Shown here piece after piece: positions 25,415-38,797 of a stretch of 64,000 nucleotides of DNA. The translations under genes and the position numbers were made by a program. The stretch covers positions 1 to 64,000 of the forward strand of contig DF237162.1 of the NCBI GenBank assembly GCA_000708835.1, read 5' to 3'. The notes below the pieces were generated by a model. That model had not been told where the DNA came from, did not search any database, and worked only from the letters and a program-made list of their open reading frames with translations. Origin of the DNA: Klebsormidium nitens (taxonomy: Eukaryota; Plantae; Klebsormidiophyceae). Position 1 is the first letter of the stretch. Every line of letters begins with the position of its first letter.

Positions 25415-28400
25415 CTACTGCATTAGAATCTTCCATGACGCTCGCTGCGAGTGCGGCCTGCTGCACGGCTTCTCCGCAGTGACACTTCTCTTCCTATTCG
25501 TCCGGCATTCCGTTTGAGATGACGGAGAACTCATTCCGCTTGCACACTCTACACCTGCCTTCTCGCAACCGGAAGCACTACTATGGTGGGAATCCAGAAT
25601 CGTGCACTTAGCGCCAAACCGGCCCGTATTCAGCAGCCTAATCCCTTGCCTCGTGATCTGCGGACATCTTCGGATGTCCAGAGACCAGAGATTCTTCAAG
25701 TTGTTAACGAGCTGCGGCAGGCACGCGTCAGTGACGTGGACGCACTTTGAGACCGACAGGCTTATCAAGTTCCGACCACATGTTGACCTCATAAGGCCAA
25801 CGAGCCCAGTATCGCTTATGCTGCACCCCGAGAGCACCAGGACCTTCAACTTGCACAAGGAGAGCGCCGCGAGAGACTTGTCGGTGACTTTGCTGCACCC
25901 CCGAAACGACACGTTCTTGAGGGAACGACTGCAAGTCTGCGCGAGCGCCATCGCTCCCACGTCTCCCACCTGCAAAGGGCAGCGCACGATACATTCATCG
26001 CTAAGAAGACTCAGTGGAACAGGACAAGCATTGAATAAGGATAAGGAACGCACTTGCAGTAATATAGCGGGTTCCCGCCGTCCATTGTAAGGCAGAGATA
26101 CGAGGTAGAGAATATGCTAGTCTGCGGCCCTTCTCTCGAAGTGAAGATGCTTGAATTTCAAGTTGTGCCTGGGACACTATGTGTCCGGGCAGATGTCCAG
26201 ACTTATAAATCCTCGTCGAGTCCTTGACCTGCTTTCGTAACAGGAGCTATTGTTCTTTCAAAAGGTGTAACAACCCGCATATAGGCCAGACAGGTCAAGT
26301 CTGTGCTTTGATCTTGTTACGTTCGTGCCGTCAAAACGCTCATATTGTACCACTTCGTCTCAGAAAGACCTACGTCAATTGGCGCCGGGACACAAGCAGA
26401 AGCAATAAAGTTCTCTCCCAGCTCGTTTCGTTTTACTAGCCTTTCCGTCAATCCAATGTAGGACTTTTGAAATGAGTCCTTAAACCGTCAACATAAAATG
26501 GGACCTATCAGAGACGCGCTTGTCAGGATGTTACCAAGGAATCCGCTGTTGTGCAAAACCCGCCGTCGGCGGGCCCTCACCTTTGGGCTCTTTGAACAGT
26601 CCACCTCCTGCAGGTTCGGGCACGCCCGCACGACCGCCGCCAGGCACTTGTCCGTCATATGCGGTAGCCCCGACAGCTCCAGCACGCGCATCGAGTTGCA
26701 CGGCCCGGCAAGCGCCAACGCCTGGCCGTCCCTCACGCCCTTGCACTTGCTCACGCACAGCTTCTCGAGCGTGTCTGACCGTCTGCTGAGCACAAACTCT
26801 AGACCCTGGTCGCCAATACCCGGGCAGCAGAGTAGGGTCAGGTGTTGCAGCGAGGGACTGCGCAAGGCGATCTCCTGGAGGGCCTTGTTGGTGACGCGCG
26901 AGCAGCGCGAGAGGGTGATCGCGCGCAGGCTCACGGCGTGCCGCGCGACCTGCGACAGGGCCTCGTCCGTCGCCGCAGGGCTCCGGCTGAGGGTCAGCGT
27001 CCGCAATTTCCGACTGCTGGGTCCCTGGACAAAGCTCACGAGCCCGGTTTCCGTCACGCCGCGCATCCGCTTCAGCAGCAAGTGCTTGAGCGTGGGGATC
27101 TCCATCGCCTTAAGCCCAGTGTCAGTCAGGCCGCTCTGCCCGCTCAATTCCAAACGCTTCAATCGTCGACACCCCGCCGCGACGTGCGTCAGACCCTCGT
27201 TCCCAACAGCTGTGCAATCAGACAGCGACAGCTCTTGGAGCATCGCGCAGCCCTGCGCGACTTTCCCGAGCGCGGAGTCCGAGATTCCCGCCCCGTGCAG
27301 GCGCAAAACTTCCAGCCCTTGGCAGTGTCCGATCGCCGCAAACGCCTCCCCCGAGAGCTGCCCGCATTCCGAGATTGACACCAAACGGAGGTCCTTGCAG
27401 GCCGACGCCAGCGCCGAGAATCCGGTGTCAGTGATCTTGGGACAGTCGACGAACTCAATCTTGGACAGGCGGTTCTTGCCGTGCGCGCCGACCGAGAGGG
27501 CGAGCAAGCGCGTGTCACTGACAACCGGGCCTGCGAGAATGACTCGGCGTTCTTCCAGCTGCCGCTGGAGGGCCTGCCGCCGCCGGCGCTCCTTCTTGCA
27601 AAGGGTGAGGTCATCGGGGCTCGGGGCGCACGCGATCACAGAAGGCAGTAGGCTCAGCCATTTGCTGCAGGAGATGGAAGGAACTAGGTTGAGGATAATG
27701 TCGCGGGGGCTTAGAAGATGAAAGGAGGCAGGAGGCTCAGCCACTTGCTGCAGGGGAGCGGAGGAACTGGGAAGAAGGCAGTGACCAGGGGTTTAGACTG
27801 AGGGCGTTGAAAGCAGACAACAGGTCTTCAAGGAGAGCAGACATCTTACGAAAAGTTGTTAGCTTCTGGGGCATGCTGCACAAATGCGGATGGAAACGGG
27901 CTCAGTGCACTGGCAACGAGTCTTTGGAGACTGGGGTCGATCGCTGGTTTCCGAAGATGATTTCCGCTTTGCAGGGTAAAGGGGAGCTGGTTCAACCACC
28001 AGCTTGAAGGGACAGAGGGCTTTCGAAAGGTGTCAGTGAGTGCATACTCTCCTTGCCAAAAAGTTCCTCAAAGTAACGGGACAATGAAGAGGGAGTTCCT
28101 CAAGATGACGGGAAAGCAATCACAAGGGGATTGGTCACACCCTCTCCTGAAGGGTAGCTTTGAAGGGACTATCCTTGTGAAGCTTGACAAAGTTGCCCCC
28201 AAGACAATCTGCCAATCGCAACCATCTCCACTATAAGAGAACCATAGAATCACAAAAGCACGCTGTTTTTATGAGGTCTGCAGCAACTTCTGGTCAAGCC
28301 CCTCTTGAAAACCACTTAGCAAGCCACAAACCCCATCGCATAAAGATGCTGAGAAGGAAAAGGTGCCTCTCAGGCTCTATTCGGTGCACCTTCTCAGAGA

Positions 28401-29233
28401 CTATGAGTAGAATATCCAGAGCGCTGTGGTCTCCATTCACCACAAATCCTGGACTTACCGGCAGACCACCGCCGAGGCGCTCCAATCACGGGGCTCTTCA
28501 AGCTTGGTGAAGATAAGCCACAGTATCTCATTGGGCAGCATGCTGTTAATCAGGTCCTGATCCCCTTGAGAGTCGTCTGCATAAGAACGGCAGACGAATC
28601 AGCATTGGCAATCTTTCATAGCCCTTGAAACTATTACAAATCAGAACTGTTAACAAGACTAGCCGGGCGCCTGCATGAATGAATATTCAGGGAAAGGAAC
28701 AACTGGACCTGTAAGTAAGCAGAAAAAGACTACTTGCTGCTTTGAGGAACACACAGTGGTGCTCTTAAGCTACCCGAGACAGACACCAAAACGGTGTCCA
28801 ACGGTGTCAACCCAATGTCAGCAGTGTGACTCATCAGCATCGTCGACTCTTGCAAGCTTGCCCAAGGACCAGGATAGAATCTCTATCTCAAGCAACCATT
28901 GATAGCACAGGAAAAAGAACAGACTAAGTTAATCGGCATAGAAACCCTGACCAGCACTATTTCATGATGCATACTACCAAAGGCCAGGACCACCAACTAG
29001 TCCAGCTCACCAGTTTCTGCGACTTCTTCGTCACTCCCCGCTGTCTCATAAGCGGAGTCTCTGCTCGAAATTGGGTAGCTTAGGCTGCTGCCCTCCTCGG
29101 ACTCGCTGGACTCCTGCTCGGACGCCACGACTAAGGTCCGTAGACCAAACATGCCATCCTCATTCTCCAAGTCTGCGTCTTCAACTCTCCGCACCACTGC
29201 CTGGCTGCTGCACATGCTAAGGGTTTGCCCCAT
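25415..29233 (-). CDS. F-box/leucine-rich-repeat protein (FBXL; EBF-like LRR pattern), 4 exons
   Basis: Exons about 29233-29008, about 28577-28459 (F-box DLINSMLPNEILWLIFTKLEEPRDWSASAVVCR), 27664-26581 (KWLSLL... followed by many LxxCxxxxDxxLxx cysteine-containing LRRs) and 25969-25415. Splice phases are consistent. EBF orthology is not established. Confidence 0.85.
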
Positions 29234-30013
29234 GCTTCAAACAAACTGCTTCAAGCACGTCTTCAAATTAGTCAGAAATAAGCGGGTTCAAGGATTTGGA
29301 GAATACGGCAAGTTGACGCTCGTTCCGCTCTCCACCGATTGATAGCAGTAACCCCGATGCAAAAGCGACAGCTGTAGCAAAGGCTGCCTGCTTAAACCGC
29401 AACTTACAATGAGTGCCACCAAAGAGACTGTTGCAGAGACTGAGAGAGCTCTTCCAGCTCAATTCTTTTCAGCTCCTGCCGACAAACAAAGAACGCAGGG
29501 ACAATCCACCCAACTTGCACCTGGCAAGACAGTTCTGAAAGCGCCCCACTCTCTCACCCAGCTGACTCCATTGCCAAGACTGGGAAAGGCTGGGGCGCCA
29601 TCAATTGCAATTGTGTGCACATATCAACTTTTCTGCTCAATCCATCCTCATTCAAGACTCTCGAAAAATCCAAATGGTCCATAATCTTTCTTCTCAGTGC
29701 TGGCGGCTAGATTTGCGCGAGAGTCACCGAGGTTGTCCCAATGTCAATGTTGACATCACTGGGGCAAAATTGCGTGGGGGGATCACCAGCTGGCGAAATG
29801 CAGCTCTAGCTGAAGAACCCTGCACGGTGTGTGTCAAGAATGCACAGGTGTACCGGAATCCAGAGCTGAGGAGAGGGAGGCGCAAAAAGAGCAGCTGTAT
29901 TGGCAGCTATGCACAGAAATCAGAGCAGCTGCCACTTAATCTAGGGGGCGGAGCCAACAGGTTGTCTAGACCAGCTTGAAGCGAGCAACCATTCCTCGTG
30001 CTAACGGCGTCAA

Positions 30014-33000
30014 ATGGCGGCAGCATTGCGTTGCGGAGCCGTTAGGAGCGCACTTCATTTCCCGCACTTTGCCAGCTCACACGAAACTGTCAATCGATCT
30101 CGCAAGCATTGTTGGCAACAAGCCCCTCTGCCAAGTTTAGGGCTTTGCGGCCATGACATTCGGACAAGGGACAGCAACGAAGGGGACTTTATCTCTGGGG
30201 CAGTTTCACAGAGACTGCAGCGTAAAGGACGGCGAGCGGTTGCGGTGCGGGCAGTAGCCACCGCTGCGCCTTCAAAAGTTGACATGAAACAGGTATGTAG
30301 CTCGCAAGTGGTGGTGTTCATGGTCTACGTCAAAACAAGTGTGATTAGTCTCCATCATCTGACAATGAAAATGTGATGAAAGGCATCGAATGGGCGATAT
30401 TATTCCCATGTGGGTAGGAAGGCAATGCAGCTCATTGCTTGATTCTTATCTAATTGCAAGAATGCCTTTGATCCCACATTCACTGAATGTCTACTGGAGG
30501 AAGAACTTTGAGTTATCTAGCTTGTTGGTGCAACTAACTCATATTTGTCTTACTCAGGTTCTTCAACTCCTTGTCGAGCGAACGGATCTGTCACAAGAAC
30601 AGACAGAAGCGGCCCTTGAAAGCGTTCTGGATGGATCGCATCCCGCACAGACTGCTGCTTTCCTTGCTTTGCTAAGAGCAAAAGGGGAGACGGCAGATGA
30701 AGTAAGGGGCCGATCACTCGGTTTGGTTCAACCTTCATCAGATTGTTGGCAGAATTGAGAAGTGATGGTACCAGCGGTATGGCAAAATTGCAGGGGTTTC
30801 TGAGTGATGCCCTCTAGAAAATGCGATGACTGACGTTGTTCAATTGGGTCTTTTTTATGCAATAGGGTCCAATTTGACCAATGACTGAACAGCAGGCCGT
30901 GCCTTATCGTAGGTCCAGTCAGAAAAGTGAGAGTGTTGCTACTTCCTGTACCAATCGCTCAACCAAAGATGAGAGCTAAAGCGACCATACCGAGCTTGGG
31001 CTGGTACTATCTTTGGATCTAGCTGATTTGACCAATCATGTAGGGTCCGGAAAATACGAGATTCGGTTCCTGCATCATTGGCGTTGTGGCAGGGGTGATA
31101 CTGTGCAATGCAGAAAGCGTTCTAGCCGTTCATGAACTCCTCTCACTTCTACTGCGCTTAAACATGTTGAAGGAGTGGAGTTCTCCACAAAAAGCGAATA
31201 ATAGCTGTATCAAGGCCGCACCTCCTTCTAAGTGCAGATTGTGGGGCTAGCTCGTGCGATGCAGAAAGCGGCAGAAGAATTGAGTCCTCCATATAAAGTG
31301 AATGATGGCGATTTCAAACCCCCACCTCCTTCTCGTGTGTGCAGATTGTGGGGCTAGCTCGTGCGATGCAGAAAGCGGCGGTGCGCGTTCACGCCGGAGA
31401 CGACGTCCTGGACATTGTGGGGACGGGAGGGGACGGTGCGAACACGGTCAACATCTCGACGGGGTCGTGTATCTTGGTGGCTGCGTGCGGGGGCAAGGTC
31501 GCCAAGGTCAGCTTGGTATTACACCTGGAAAGACTTTTGACAAATTGATTGTGTCTCGTTCCTGCCTGATTCCTCATGACATGTCGAACTGATTGTGTTC
31601 TATTCCAGTCTGATTTCACATAAGAAGGGGGCCCTTCTGCAAATGTGAAGCTATGGTGATTGATCAAGGCTCAGGCAAGATCGGGGTCGGGGTCACAAGA
31701 GTCCTAGTAGGTTGGGCTTGTCTCCGACACGTTCAGGTTTTCCTCCTCAAGCCCTCCCCGGTTGATTGGGTTGGTTTCCATTCGGAACTCATGCTTGGCA
31801 GATCTCCCATGACAGAACCGACGACTTTCGCCAACATGATCCAGAAGTTGTCTTCTTGACTGTTGATGCTGCACCGAATTTCGCTTCGAAATCATTTCTG
31901 ATGGCTGCGTGCTTGTCTTTCTACAACAGCATGGCAACCGGTCGGTTTCCAGCGCCTGCGGAAGCGCCGACGTTCTTGAAGCTCTAGGGGTCGCCGTCGA
32001 TCTAGGTCCAGAGGTATGTGCACACTTGCTCCCCTTTGTGCTTCCGCCGAATGCTGGTCTGTCTTTCCAGAAAGATGATTGCCAAGGGCGTGCTCCACTC
32101 CGGCCGTCGGAAAGACTTTGCACAAGTTGAAGAATGTCTGTGACATGTTTAGCTCCATGCCTTGAACTGGTGAAGTTGATTCTCGCTTGTATGTCTGGTG
32201 GAGAGCCCAAGTGGGTAAGCTGCGACTCCTTGTTTCGACCGAAGTGACAAGACGTCTCTCAGAGCCTCACATTTGCCCAGTTGCACCAGATTGCTCTGCA
32301 TTGGGGTGATTTCCAAATGCAGAATTCGATTCTTGGGAATGTGAATTCGAAAATGTTCCTTGAACATCTTTCCTGTGAGTGTCAACTCGGGAAATGCTCC
32401 TGGAACCTGTTCCCACAAAATTGTAACCGCAAATCCACAGGTGTCCATGATAGACCACAGCCGGCAACGTTGGGATTTTCCTGGATCCCGCGCCTTCTCG
32501 TCAGTCTTCTAAGCTTCGACTTCTGCCGTGGTGTTTTGCAGGGCGTCGCGCAGTGCGTCCGAGAAGTCGGCGTCGGCTTCATGTTCGCGCCTCGGTACCA
32601 TCCAGCGATGTCTGCGGTCAAGCAAGTGCGGGCCGCGCTCAAGATCCGGACGGCGTTCAACATCCTGGTTAGTGCATAATTTTCTGAAGTGATGCGTTTC
32701 AGGTTGTAAGAAACAAGTATCGTATGGATTCAATGGATTGAAAGGACTCTGGTCAGGAATCGGAGCAGGGGCTGTTGATACGGGACGCTTCTTCGCCTTC
32801 TGTTCTTAGATACCTCGGGCGACTCTTTTGTAGCAGCTTTACCTCACGAAACCAACACATCCGACAATTGCGCCGCGGTCCCTGAGTCCCCGTCAGCGAA
32901 TGAGAACCCTCTTTCTACAGGGCCCAATGCTGAACCCGGCCATGGCACGATATGCCCTCGTGGGAGTCTTCAACTCGGAACTGGTGAGCAAAGCGTCCTT

Positions 33001-35500
33001 CCGCCGTCAGTTCCGTTCAATTGCGGGTCTGTGTCATGACGTGCGCTTTTTTGGAACAAGCCCTTGTGGATGCTAGTAAGCTGAAAGTTCTGATTCAAAT
33101 GGGACCATCATAAGCAGTGATACTATTGATGGGACGGGACCCGGCAGGTAACACGTACAGCTCATGAGACGGACTGCTTGCGGGCAGTTGTTTTGCCAGA
33201 GTATCTTTCTCTCTCCTCGACCAAGTCCTAGGCGTGGTCATTCTCGGATAAGAAGCGTCCGCTGAGTTGTATACCACTGTTCTTTCGCTTTTGAATAGTC
33301 GCCTCCAAACACTGCTCTTATCTCACAATTCCAGTTTTAGGAGCCTGCGAAATAGCTTTGCGTTCCCAAACCGAGGAACGGTCAGCGCATCCTGGCGGCT
33401 GTTGTTGAGTATACTATACTCCCTGTCGGTGCAGATTGAGCTGATGGCGCAGTCGCTGCAGAAGCTGGGTACAAAGCGCGCACTGGTCGTGCACTCGGAG
33501 GGGCTCGACGAGATTTCTCCGCTGGGTACGGCCTCCTCAAACTTCCTCCTTCTCGAGAAACTGGGCATTCTGGATAATCTTCCGCTGCTCGAACGGTTGC
33601 AGGTTCCCTCGAGAGTTGGTTTGCAAAATGCACGCCGGCAAGGAGTGGCTGGCCACGGCCTGTTACTGTTTTCTCCACATTCTAACCCGAATTGATACGA
33701 AATGTGGCTACTTCCCTCATCATGTGATCTGGCGCTCACGTGCTCACAAGTGCGTGCTTGCAGGTCCCGCAGACATGTTGGAGGTGACACCCGAGACCAT
33801 TAGAAACTTCAGGGTGGATCCAGGTAGGACTCAGCTTGGCCAAAACGAAATGCATTGCTACCCCCCAATAGTCGAGAAACGTGGTCGGGTAGATCTCAGT
33901 AGGACTCAGGTTTCTCGACTCGAGTTATTGATAATCCTGATAAACCGGGGAACCTGGTCAGGGTGGATCCAAAAAGGGTTTAGCTTTGGCGACACGAGAA
34001 CTGTTGCTGAACCCCGATGATCAGGGAACTTGGTCAGGATGAATCCAGGTAGTTTGCAGACTTAGAGAGTCATCGCTAACCCCCAGTTACGGAAACCTGC
34101 GCACCGTACTGGTAAAATGGTTGGTTGCAAAGTGACACCTTGTCGACCGGATTCGGGGGCCAGCCCCACTTATCCACAGATTGCCGAGAACCAGTCCCTA
34201 GCAAGCCTACCTGCTTTCGTTGAGACGTTAAAAAACACCTGCGAGAACGTCCAGGCTGTGTGTTTCCATATCACACTGTCGCACTCGTCCCACGAGACCG
34301 ACAACGCCCTGGTGTCAAACCCGCCCGCTTCCCTCGCAGTCGACTTCGGCGTGCTCCAGTGTTCGCTGGAGAACCCCTAGATGAGACATTTGCGTTCCCT
34401 TGGTTTTTTTCTCTCTTTTTCGGGCCCTGAATCATGAGACCGTCGAAAGGCCCTGTTTGCCAAACCCGTCGCTTTGCTCGCAGTCGACTTCGGCGTCCCG
34501 TGGTGTGCGTTGAAGAACCCCCAGGATGTACTCACCGCGTTCCCTTTTTTTCTTTAAAATCTTGTTTTGAACCTCGGTTTCTGAGACCGTCGAAAGGCTC
34601 TGTTGCCAAAGCCTGCGCTTTGCTCGCAGTCGACTTCGGCGTCCCGCGGTGTACGCTGGAGGACCTCCGGGGCGGAGACAAGGCCCTCAACGCAAAGATC
34701 TTGCGGGACATGCTGGCGGGCGCTCGGGGAGCCGTCTCGGACGCTCTGGTACGTACCGGAGAAGTAAAGAGGGTTTGAATTGAGCCATTTGTAACAAGTC
34801 GAGGCGAGTTTTGCGGACGGGCACTCGTATTGTTGGTAGGATTGAGAGCTATTGTCGACGCTCTTGTTCGTGTTCTTCTGTCGGGAAGGAATGTTGACTT
34901 GAGCGTCCGCGTATTGAGATATTCAGGGGTCTCTAATGGAACGGAGGACCAAGCAATTGGCACTCTGAAGAGATTTTTGCCTCCCTCAATTGGGAGCCGT
35001 CTCCAACGCCCTGGTTCGTCGCCGGTTGCGAGAGAGCGATTGCTTTATTGGGTAGAGCGGAAAACCGGGGAAACATACCTATTCTAAGGAGAGTGTCGAA
35101 CGAAGGTAGCTCTCGTCCGTCATCCGATTAGCAAATGCGGCCGCTTAAGGAGCTAAAATGGATGTGCTGGCGCTTGTCAAGTAGACGACCCTTTCATTGG
35201 GGTCCGCGTCCTGTTGAGAGACTGCATGAAAGCCATCATGGCAACGACGCAGCGGATGTAATATTGCATCGTTTCTCGCTACCTCCTTCGGAAACAAAGG
35301 ACGCAACTCAGCCAACGAGTCACCGGAGTTGCGGCAATCTCAAGCTGACGGTGTTTGTCTTTCAGATTTTGAACGCTGGGGTTGGGCTCGTCGCGTGCGG
35401 CGTCGCTGCTGACGTCGGCGAGGGCGTGGCCCGGGCCAGGGAAGTGCAGCGGTCGGGAGCCGCTCTGCGGACGCTGGACGACTGGGTGGCCTTGTCGCAG
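30014..35500 (+). CDS. trpD: Anthranilate phosphoribosyltransferase, plastid-targeted; final exon/stop not resolved
   Basis: Transit peptide, then [11 protein letters not shown]|[29 protein letters not shown]|[35 protein letters not shown]|[16 protein letters not shown] and ILNAGVGL...[10 protein letters not shown] (exon ends at 35500, followed by gtatg). Confidence 0.95.
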
Positions 35501-35765
35501 GTATGCAAAGCTCTTCTGCTTAATCTTGTGAAGGCGAAGGCGAGTCTCATGCAAAGAGGAGTTCTTACAGGATGGATGCAAAATGAAAGGCTTGTTTGCT
35601 TGGTTGGGAATGGTTCTCGTCGCTCATCGTTTCTTTGGGCAACAGTGCACTCAGACGGACATACTTCGGGGGATATCGTGGTCGATGGCCACCCCTAAGC
35701 GGGAGTCTGCATTCATGGTTAGGACCACCTGAACCAAGTCCAACGTTGAAGCGGTGTCCCTTTTG

Positions 35766-35827
35766 GCGTCTGCGTTCCGGTCTCAAGCATCCGTTTGCGT
35801 CTGCGTTCCGGTTTTAAGCATCCGTTT
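35766..35827. repeat. 31-bp tandem duplication
   Basis: gcgtctgcgttccggtctcaagcatccgttt is followed by gcgtctgcgttccggttttaagcatccgttt. Confidence 0.85.
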
Positions 35828-38797
35828 CCCGTTTGAAAGCGTCAGAACACCTTTTCTGTTTAAGTTAAGGTACTTAAAGCTGAACCATTGGTACGTGACG
35901 TCGCTTGGCCATCTCTGTTAGGTCGGGTACAGCTTCTGATCCGTCCCACGGATCTAAAGTTCACCGCTCACTGTGTGCTCTTTGGGATCAGCACAAAGGC
36001 TGCTTCTGAGTCCATCTTCGGTACGCAATTACTGAAATCCTGACTGCCGTTGGCTCTTACACAGAAACTACGACAAGAGGAGTCGTAGCTGCCTGCCGTT
36101 CGGTCGCCCGTCAGTGTTAGATCCAGAGCTAGCATGTACGAAGAGCACGGGCAAGTTTCGCAGCTCAAAGAATTTCTGAGCTTGACTTACATCTACCCAG
36201 GCAGGTAACGACAGAGAAGAGGTTACCTCCTCATTGAGGTGCATGGTTGAGTTTGATGACAAGCAGATTCGTAATTGAAAGCCGATCCATGTCAAGCATT
36301 TCCTCGGGGGTGATCGGAATGGCTGGTCGTTTACCCAGACCTGTCACGTTAGGAAGATAATGAGGATGTAGTCGTAAGATTGTTGTGATGTCATCACTGG
36401 CGGTGATTGTGCCAGATCCACTGTCAGAGTCATCAAGGGCTCTGTCGAGCCGAATCGCTTCGGGACTGCGTAATCGAGCACGGATTCGCGAATGGACGTG
36501 CTGCGGTACGAAAAGCCTGGCCGGGGTCACCGGGTAGCTTTTCAAACCACGATTCGAAAAGTTGCGCACTGCATGGTGCATTTGCAGCGCCATCGGTTCC
36601 TGTTGTGTGCTCGAGCTTGCATCTGAGAATTACGCGATCACCATTATTGCAATTACTGGATTGGTGATTACCGATCTATTGCGGGATCCGAGGCTCACTT
36701 CAACAGCTATTGTTTCTTATACGCCGGCATGAGCGTGCATGTTACAATTGGACATATCGCATCGATGTCGGACACAAAAGAGTCATCAATCTGCTTGGAC
36801 TCAGAACATTGCATGGGCTCCATAATTATAAGTGCAATGGTTTGGCCTCATTCGATCAAGGCCTCGCTACTACGTCATTGCATGAGACAATGCACGACGC
36901 CTGCAGACATACGCAACGGCGCTCACCAATTCTGCACCCGTACCCGGCTATATAAGCGCTGTCATGTGATCTGCGGCCGGGCGACCGAATTTCCTTACTT
37001 GAGCTTTATAGCCCGTCGCGCTATATAGCTGCTCGTGTCGGATCCCGTGAGCTCTAGATGAATGGCCACCAGACGGAATAAGCAGCACCGGAACTGAGTA
37101 ATGCCCACACCCGGTTACGTGCGCTCGTGCTATACAAAATTTAGTAAAAGCGCCATCTCGCATGCATGCCTCGAGTTGATCTCTGCAGTGTCTCCCCTTG
37201 TTTTGCTGCCGATTGAAGCTTTTATTGTCACGGCTGCTCGTCACGGTCTGAATCGAAGAGAAAGTCGAGCTGAAAAGCTACCGTACTTGACAAAGTGTTG
37301 CACGCTTTGCGAGCGGCCTTCAAAGGGAGCCTTGCAGCCTCTTCTTGGATGCTCCGAAGACAGCCACGCAAATTGGATAGAGAGAGAGAAGAAAGAGCGC
37401 GCCGAAGAGCGTCAAGGGAGCATCGAAAGCGGAATCTATCGGCAGCTAGCACAAGAGGTTTGGCGCCTCGAGCACGAGGTGACTGCTGTCCCTAAGAGAG
37501 GCCCTGCGCAAGAGATGCAATCAAGCCCTGTGCAAGAAGCACACAAGCAGAGATAGAGATCACGAAGTGATTCCCGCTGCGTAGGGTACGACAGGTAAGT
37601 GTTGCTCAACTCTTCGCGCACTTTGAGTGGAAGGTCACGGCTGAACAGTGTCGATGACGCATTCATGTATGCAGCCCGCAGCTCAGAAAGCATTGGTCTG
37701 CTGATTCGATGACTCTGTTTCCTCGTATCATGAGTGTTTGGCTGTAAGAATGAATTGTGAGGATTGCAAGGGGAACCCTCTCGATTGGAACCAATTTCTA
37801 CGCCTTGTATGAAGCTTTACATATTGAATGATCCAAACATTCTCAGCCTTTTCCTGGTTTCACATTCTCAAGAAGCGGAAAGTTGATCTTCTGAGAAAGT
37901 TTAGTGTGTCAGCCTGCTAAAGGACTTGCTCCAAATGATTTGATCCTACACGAAAGCCATTTATCTTAAGCTTTCGCTTCCAGATTCACACAGTAGGCTG
38001 GATGCCTTCAATCATGCACACAAGATCCCTATCTGGTATACGTCAACATTCTGTCTGCTGAAGCACTTAGAAAAATCTGCTGACCCGCTTTCCTCTGCCT
38101 TCCTCAACAGCCTGCTTGGTGTTGGACTGAAGAACCAACCCTGGTTCTTGTGCTAGTACGAAAGACACCATGGACTCTCCAGTGTCGAGCCACCTGTCCT
38201 TTGGAAGAGCTCGGAAGATGCAAGCACCGAGGTAAGATCCACTACTGCAGTTTTTGCAGAAACGTGACCAGCTGCATGCTGCCTTGTTCTTCCTGACATA
38301 CATATTTAAGGATCATCGATCTTCACCGCTCTGGTGGACTTGACGATGCTCTGAACTTCCTTCTGATTGCTAAAGCATGTAAGCCAGGGACCGGAGAATC
38401 CTAAAGTTTACAGAGGAGGAGCAGTGCCCAGATCGCTGTACGTAGGGAGACGCTGCAAAGCTGCCGTCACTGACACGTATATTCTCCAAAGCTTCGGATC
38501 CTCGTGCTGGCATAATCCGGTTGTAATGACTTCTTAAAGGTCGACCTTGCTTGCAAGACTCCATCGCTCCTTACTGTACTTATCACCTGGTTTATCCGAA
38601 AAGGGAACCTCTTTTACGCAGTCGGATGTGCATCCAACCCTTTCAATGAGCGGCATAAAAGAGACAAGATATCTCGAAAACAGAGGCGCTTCCTCTCTTG
38701 CGCTCGGACCCCTGAAAGCAGTTGCATCCGAAGCTCAAACTCCCGCTTAAACACAAACTCCAACTTCCTGCTCAAACACAAATTCTTCTTTCTGCAG

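Noticed and set aside
26498-27721. 407-aa plus-strand ORF
   Set aside because: It is the antisense shadow of the GC-rich LRR exon and has no recognisable motifs.
35960-38600. Cys-containing short ORFs (for example 37436-37693 and 38067-38303)
   Set aside because: No consistent spliced model or recognisable domain; possibly degraded sequence.
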